From positions 113,214,001 to 113,278,000 of the forward strand of contig NC_086097.1 of assembly GCF_963921235.1 (NCBI RefSeq): a stretch of DNA of 64,000 nucleotides, read 5' to 3'. Positions 61,298-64,000 of this stretch are shown piece after piece. A model generated the notes under the pieces. It saw only the letters and a program-made list of their open reading frames with translations. It did no database searches and was not told the DNA's origin. Positions within the stretch are counted from its first letter, which is position 1; each line of letters opens with the position of its first letter. Source of the stretch: Mobula hypostoma (Eukaryota). The position numbers and the translations under genes are program-made.

Positions 61298-64000
61298 ATG
61301 GAGGCTGGGGAAATTATAAATGCGCCAACCTTGGAGGCATTAGAGGATGCCGGGAAATCGGAATTGGTAGCTGTGGCCAAACGGTTGAATCTTGCTAAGG
61401 GGAAGTCGACAATGAGGAGACAGGAGATACACAGAGCTATCGTAGAGCACTATGTATCAAAAGGTGTGTTTCCCCAAGGCGAGCTGGAGGTGGTGTCTAT
61501 TGAAAAACCTGCTGGAGACGCGGTACAGGTGCAGCTTGAAAAACTGAGACTCGAGCACGAGTTCCGGGTACGGCAGTTAGAACACGAAAAGAAGCAGTTA
61601 GAAAGGCGGGAGAAAGAGAGAGAGTTAGAAAGGCAGGAGAAAGAGAGAGAGTTAGAAAGGCAGGAGAGAGAGAGAGAGAGACAGCTGGAGCGAGAGGAGA
61701 AACAGAGGAAAAGGGAATTCGAGCTGGAGAAGTTAAAGATAAGGGCAGAGCAGGGGCCCGTGCCGAACCAAGGTGGAGGGTTCCGGGCGACCCAGGAGGT
61801 TAGGCTGGTTCCTCCATTTGACGATACCGACGTGGATCGGTACTTTCTCCATTTCGAAAAAGTTGCTACAAGTCAGGACTGGCCTAGGGATAAGTAGGCT
61901 GTTTTGCTTCAGAGTGTACTGAAAGGGAAAGCCCAACAAACTTACTCAGCTTTGTCCGCGGAAGATGCCCAGAGGTATGAGGTGGTGAAAGAGGCCATCC
62001 TCAGGATTTATGAGTTGGTCCCGGAGGCATACCGGCAGAGGTTCTGGAATGCGAGGAAGCAGTGGGACCGCACATATTTAGAGTTTGCCCGTGAGATGCA
62101 GACATATTGTGAGCGTTGGTGCGCCTCGAAGGGGGTAGAGGGGGATTATGATAGACTGCTACGGCTGATCCTGACTGAGCAGTTTAAAGGTTGTGTCCCT
62201 GAGGTTATGAGACCCTACCTAGATGAGAAAGAGGCAGCCACGTTAGCTGCAACTGCTAAATTAGCGGATGAGTATGCGTTGACGCATAAAATGAAGTTTT
62301 CCCCGAGTAAAGGCTACCAGAAGGGCAGTCAGGATAGCGGGGAGAGTCCGCCAGAAAAGTCAGAAAGTAAGCCGGGGACTAGTGAGAAGGATAAGGTAGA
62401 CCGGGAGCAGTCTGGCAGGAAGTCTCCTGGGGCCGTCTGTTATAATTGCGGGAAAGTCGGACACTTTGCGTCCAGGTGCTTTGCCCCAAAGAAGGAGACG
62501 GGAAAAGGAAAAACTGCGATTTTGACTGGCTGTATCGAGCTGGTAAACGAACCGCTAGGACAGGACAGGTCTGCCAAAGTTCAGGAAGGGCGCGAGAGGT
62601 TTATCTCGGCCGGATTGGTGTCGGTGAAGGAGGGGTTAAAACCAGTTCCAGTGCGGATCTGGAGAGACACGGAAGCGTGTCAGTCACTAATACTGAAGAG
62701 TGTATTAGAGTTTAGCTCAGAGACCCAGACTGGGGAGGTCAAGGTCAAAGGTATTTGGGGAGGGACAGAGGCTGTCCCTTTGCACCAGATACACTTACAA
62801 AGCAACCTGGTCTCTGGACTAGTCACGATTGGGGTGAGGCCCGAGTTACTGATGAAAGGCGTAGAAGTCTTGCTCGGTAATGACCTCGCCGGGGGAATCG
62901 TGTCCGAAGCAGTGAGATTGACAGGTCAGCCTGCCAGTATTGAGGCCTCGCCCATGGACTCACAGGTTCATCACGGGACCGCGGTAGTAAATTTAGCTGA
63001 GAGGTTTCTGCCAGCCTTGTACGAGAAGGGGGTAGAAAGTGAAAAGAAGGAGTGTAGTGAGACAAGAGGTAGTGAGAGAGCTGAGACAGACTTAGCATTA
63101 GCCAGGAAAGAATTTGTGCAGGCGCAGGAGCGAGACGAGGGGCTGATGGTTTTGGCAGAGACAGCTCTCTCTGATGCAGAATTAACAAGGGAACCAGTAG
63201 GCTATTGTGTGGAGGAGGAAGTGCTAAGGAAGAAAGGGAGACCAAGTACCGTGCCCGCAGATGAGGAATGGGGGGTGGTGCAAAAGAGTTATGGGGATGA
63301 GATTTTTAACCTGGACCCCAAGGTACCCCCCGGTGGACATTTTGCGGTGCTGGAGGAAACAGTTGGTGGAATCATGAAAGAGGTTTACCGGCTGCCCAGG
63401 AGGAAGGATGTTATTGATAATGGCCGACGTGAACTGAGACGGTCACAGGCTTTTGATATGCTAACAAACCTAGTCGGTGTTAGCGCGGAAATCAATGAAG
63501 CTAGGGTCCCCCTGATAAGAGAAAAAAAACATTTTGAAAAGATGAGTGTGGTATCGACCAGATGGGAGAAGGCTATTGTGTTGGCCAGCTCTGCTGATAA
63601 GGTCTCTCCCTTAATCCCCAAACAAAGCAACTCTTTAGGAGAAGTAATTAAACGACTCGCACACGTGTGTTTGATTGTCCCGAGGCGATGCAAAGAACTG
63701 GGACGTTGGATGGTGCTTGTTACACTAGGTAAGCCTAGCGAGCAACATTCCTATAGAATGAGTAATTCAGTGACTAAAGGACTGACGAACACAGAGGTGT
63801 GTATTGGCGATGTAATACGGCTGTCTGAAGCCAGCTTGATAGTGAACCTTGAAAAAAATGAGTTCGGCCACACGAAGGTCACTTACCTGGGAATTGTGGT
63901 GACACAGGGGCAGCTGGCAGCGATACAAGCTAAAGTGCGGGCTATCTCTGATATCCCAACCCCGACAGACAAGAGGGCCCTCAGAAGGCTGTTGGAGATG
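61298..64000 (+). mobile_element. Gmr1-type Gypsy gag-pol, single frame, internally deleted pol, runs off the window
   Basis: Coiled coil, VPPFDDTDVDRYFLHFEKVA, a capsid/SCAN-like region, knuckle CYNCGKVGHFASRC (62438-79), protease IWRDTE..LLGNDL, an integrase N-terminal remnant, then the RT C-terminus VNLEKNEF..VTYLG. The only stop is TAG at 61895-97. Confidence 0.9.

Noticed and set aside
61590..61720. GA-rich repeat as an independent satellite
   Set aside because: It encodes the E/R/K coiled coil of Gag in frame.
61895..61897. Programmed stop read-through between gag and pol
   Set aside because: The TAG falls in mid-capsid at a likely Trp codon, upstream of the zinc knuckle, so a TGG>TAG mutation is the simpler explanation.
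1..64000. Prokaryotic systems (CRISPR arrays, operons, retrons, DGRs)
   Set aside because: No repeat-spacer array or operon structure. All RT-like ORFs belong to eukaryotic LINE, Penelope or Gypsy families.

Overview
Eukaryotic, repeat-dense vertebrate DNA. The mix of HE1-like V-SINEs, abundant CR1 LINEs, Rex1/Babar LINEs and Penelope elements points to a cartilaginous fish, probably a ray (inference). Most ORFs in the track are transposon fragments: a near full-length CR1 inside a Tc1 element, further CR1, Rex1/Babar, L2, RTE and I/Nimb LINEs, several Penelope (GIY-YIG) insertions carrying minimal hammerhead-ribozyme motifs, Tc1/Mariner, Tigger and Chapaev3-like relics, solo LTRs, and the 5' part of a Gmr1-type Gypsy element. 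Between the repeats are a few small phase-0 candidate exons on the minus strand. They suggest the 3' end of a host gene that I could not identify, possibly with alternative last exons. Three observations stand out. (1) The Gypsy gag-pol frame stays open for about 700 codons although protease, integrase and RT are mutated or deleted. (2) A Penelope element sits just inside a candidate splice donor with its RT in frame with the candidate exon. (3) Two intact minimal hammerheads lie sense to the candidate host pre-mRNA. All calls were made by eye, without database searches.
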